The notes under the pieces are model-generated. The model was not told the DNA's origin. It ran no database searches and saw only the letters and a list, made by a program, of their open reading frames with translations. Below are positions 47,744 to 49,710 of a DNA stretch of 49,710 nt, in pieces (within the stretch, counting starts at the first letter, position 1; every line of letters starts with the position of its first letter). A program made the translations under genes and the position numbers. Origin of the DNA: an uncultured Rickettsiales bacterium (GTDB lineage: Bacteria > Pseudomonadota > Alphaproteobacteria > Rickettsiales > UBA1997); the NCBI GenBank assembly GCA_944391005.1, contig CALXSB010000084.1, positions 1 through 49,710 of the forward strand. The letters are read 5' to 3'.

Positions 47744-48490
47744 TTAATCTTTAATCTGCGAATATAGTAAATCGTTTGTTATGACTAAAATGTTGTTATC
47801 AAATTTTTTTATTAGTCCGCCGGCTTCTTTGATAAGTAATAATGGTAATTCGTAATTTATACTATCTTTTTGAAGAATTGTGATGTCATATTTTCCGTTT
47901 GCAACGTTGCAAATATTTAGAATATCGCAGTTTGTTATAGTTATATTTCTATATTTATTTATGCAATTGTTTTTGAAATTTTTGTCGTTAACGTTATTTA
48001 TGGCTACTAATGCCTGCTCTAGGTTTGATCTTGATGAAACTCTAATTCTTCTGGAGTTTAAATAGGCACCTTTGCCTTCTTCAACTATAAATGTTTCTTG
48101 CGTTATTGGACTGTCAATTACTCCGCAAATGGTTTTAAATTCGTTATTTTTATCTTTTTTCTGTAAGGATATGGATATGGCAAAGTATGGTATTGCGTGC
48201 AATAGGTTTAATTTGCCACATAATGGATTTATTATGTATCTAAAATTAGATTTTAGTTTGTCGTAATCATTTTGCTCATCTAAAAATATTATGTCGTAAG
48301 ATGGCTTTTTGTTTTTAAAATATTCAAATAGTTTTCTTTTGATAAAATCTATAGTCATGTTAGCAAATTGTTCGGGACCTCTATGAGAACTTTGTAAATT
48401 CTCAAGTTCTACAAAATCTCTAGAGATCTTATCACTAACTTTAATGATAGAATCTTGAATAACTGTTAAATCACCAGAAAATAAAACCAT
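47744..48490 (-). CDS. suhB: Inositol monophosphatase-fold protein (SuhB-like) with substituted metal-binding motifs
   Basis: Collinear with E. coli SuhB along its whole length. However, WVIDPLDGTTNF is replaced by YIINPLCGKLNL and WDFAAG by NYELPL. The trailing EAGG is retained. Confidence 0.7.
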   Translation of the reverse strand: MVLFSGDLTVIQDSIIKVSDKISRDFVELENLQSSHRGPEQFANMTIDFIKRKLFEYFKNKKPSYDIIFLDEQNDYDKLKSNFRYIINPLCGKLNLLHAIPYFAISISLQKKDKNNEFKTICGVIDSPITQETFIVEEGKGAYLNSRRIRVSSRSNLEQALVAINNVNDKNFKNNCINKYRNITITNCDILNICNVANGKYDITILQKDSINYELPLLLIKEAGGLIKKFDNNILVITNDLLYSQIKD

Positions 48491-48614
48491 TTTTTAATAA
48501 ATATACTTTACATGTATAATATTTTTAAAACATTAAAAAAATAAATACAAGTTATTTTAATCATTTTAATTTTGTATTGTGGGTTTATTTAAAAATAAAA
48601 TAAACCCATGATAA

Positions 48615-48989
48615 TTATTTTTTATTGTCCTGTTTTGTTAAATCTTCTATATATTGGTTAAATTCATCAGCATATTCTTCACTCCATCCCATTATATAGT
48701 GATCTCCAATAAATGTAAGTGGAAGTCCGATATTGTTTCCAGATATACCATATTGTCTAGCGTATTTATTCAATAGTGCTCTGTTATATCTGTCTTGAAT
48801 ATCAAGAATTTTGAAGTTTACATTTTTATATTTTTCCTCTATTTTGTTATCTGCAATGTATTTTTTTAATTTTTCGCAATAGAAACATGGTTGTGAAAAA
48901 ATAATTACATCTTTTTTTATGATTTCTTCTGCTTTGACAGAAAAACAAAATAAGCACATAAAAGAAAAAATTAAAACTATTTTTTTCAT
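48615..48989 (-). CDS. Secreted glutaredoxin/thioredoxin-fold protein (CFYC active site)
   Basis: Start at MKKIVLIFSFMCLFCFSVKA (GGAG SD 7 nt upstream), signal peptide, IIFSQPCFYCEKLKKYI, and GLPLTFIGDHYIMGW typical of glutaredoxin-like folds. Confidence 0.7.
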   Translation of the reverse strand: MKKIVLIFSFMCLFCFSVKAEEIIKKDVIIFSQPCFYCEKLKKYIADNKIEEKYKNVNFKILDIQDRYNRALLNKYARQYGISGNNIGLPLTFIGDHYIMGWSEEYADEFNQYIEDLTKQDNKK

Positions 48990-49005
48990 ATTCGTCTCCA
49001 ATACT

Positions 49006-49614
49006 TTATTCAATGCAACAATCTATAGCTTTTTTAACAAAATTTTTCATTTTTGCTAAAGCTCCTTCTTCTTTTTCTATGCTTTCAACATCAATTGTTT
49101 TTGCTATGCTGTCGTCCGTATTTTCCATAATATTTGTTTCTTTTATTTTTTCTGTGATTTTTTTTATGTCCTCTTTTGAATCTTCAACCCATTTGACATC
49201 TTCAATATTTAGCATATTCATATTTAAGCCCCAGAACAAACAATATAGTTCGTAAGATTTATTAAAAAGATCGTATGCTTCTTGCGTATTTTTAAGGCTT
49301 AATTGTTTTGTTCCAACTTCCATTAATCTCATTGAACTAGCTAACAAATGTTTTGAAATACACCAAACTTCACCTTCATATTGAGGTATTAATTTTTGCA
49401 TTAGTTTTTTACGAATTTCTCTGACCTGCTCTATTAAATCGTAGTAGGATGTTTTTCCAGTTTTAGCTCCAGAATACATTAAATGTTCTTCTATGGAAAT
49501 TAAATTCATGATGCCAATTGTTAGGTCTTGGTCTGAGGATAAGTCCTTTGGATTGAGTTTTTTAGCTTGATCCATTTTCTCAACAAATTCTTTTACATTT
49601 TCTATTTTTTTCAT
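49006..49614 (-). CDS. Hypothetical 202-aa soluble protein ending in a CC motif
   Basis: Strong SD (AAGGAG) upstream, a helical-looking sequence and a C-terminal AIDCCIE. Sits directly upstream of the secreted CxxC protein. No family recognised. Confidence 0.55.
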   Translation of the reverse strand: MKKIENVKEFVEKMDQAKKLNPKDLSSDQDLTIGIMNLISIEEHLMYSGAKTGKTSYYDLIEQVREIRKKLMQKLIPQYEGEVWCISKHLLASSMRLMEVGTKQLSLKNTQEAYDLFNKSYELYCLFWGLNMNMLNIEDVKWVEDSKEDIKKITEKIKETNIMENTDDSIAKTIDVESIEKEEGALAKMKNFVKKAIDCCIE

Positions 49615-49623
49615 AATTACTCC

Positions 49624-49710
49624 TTAAAACTTTATATAATTAAAATAAATACTTAAAATACTTAAAAAAGCAACAGGTAAAACAACTTTTTCAAAAGGAA
49701 AATGTGCGTG
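49624..49710 (-). CDS. 3' end of a CDS entering from beyond the window (hydrophobic C-terminus)
   Basis: An open frame from the window edge, ...HAHFPFEKVVLPVAFLSILSIYFNYIKF, with its stop at 49624-49626 just before the SD of the next gene. Confidence 0.3.
   Translation of the reverse strand, partial: HAHFPFEKVVLPVAFLSILSIYFNYIKF

Noticed and set aside
1-49710. Alternative genetic code (TGA as Trp) or widespread pseudogenisation, as seen in some tiny AT-rich genomes.
   Set aside because: Long conserved genes (glmS, lptD, the ABC-F gene, gap, murC and others) are full length and uninterrupted under the standard code.

Overview
This is a very AT-rich, gene-dense window (G+C well under one third by eye) read in the standard code: long housekeeping ORFs are intact, so there is no sign of TGA recoding. 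The content looks like a reduced, host-associated Gram-negative genome, most likely alphaproteobacterial (Rickettsiales/Holosporales-like). Evidence for that placement, all inference: an isolated virB8-virB9 pair, an IalB-like protein, rpsF-rpsR-rplI without priB/ssb, and many broken-up operons.

Most genes are housekeeping:
- Envelope: surA-like, ctp, lptD, lpxD-fabZ, mlaF, murC, galE, glmS.
- Central metabolism: gap, tpiA, asd.
- Translation and DNA: rpsF/rpsR/rplI, engB, an ABC-F ATPase, xseA, rarA, radC, an Smr-domain protein.
- Fe-S: iscS.
- Signalling: an EnvZ-like histidine kinase.

I found no rRNA, tRNA, CRISPR array, transposase or recognisable defence island.

The accessory or unusual items are:
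- a 2141-aa repeat-rich, low-complexity protein preceded by a candidate promoter (possible effector or surface protein);
- a 631-aa orphan protein with an apparent embedded PD-(D/E)xK (DUF559/Vsr-like) core and a Cys cluster;
- a 54-aa lipoprotein that resembles VirB7;
- an orphan prepilin-type/LamG-like protein packed next to radC;
- an IMPase/SuhB homolog with all its metal-ligand motifs substituted;
- a divergent DapB-like protein;
- a truncated HIT gene remnant abutting a MazG-like gene;
- a short conserved hairpin repeat at convergent gene ends;
- a GC-rich structured element at the left edge.

All functional calls rest on motif recognition by eye. No database search was run.
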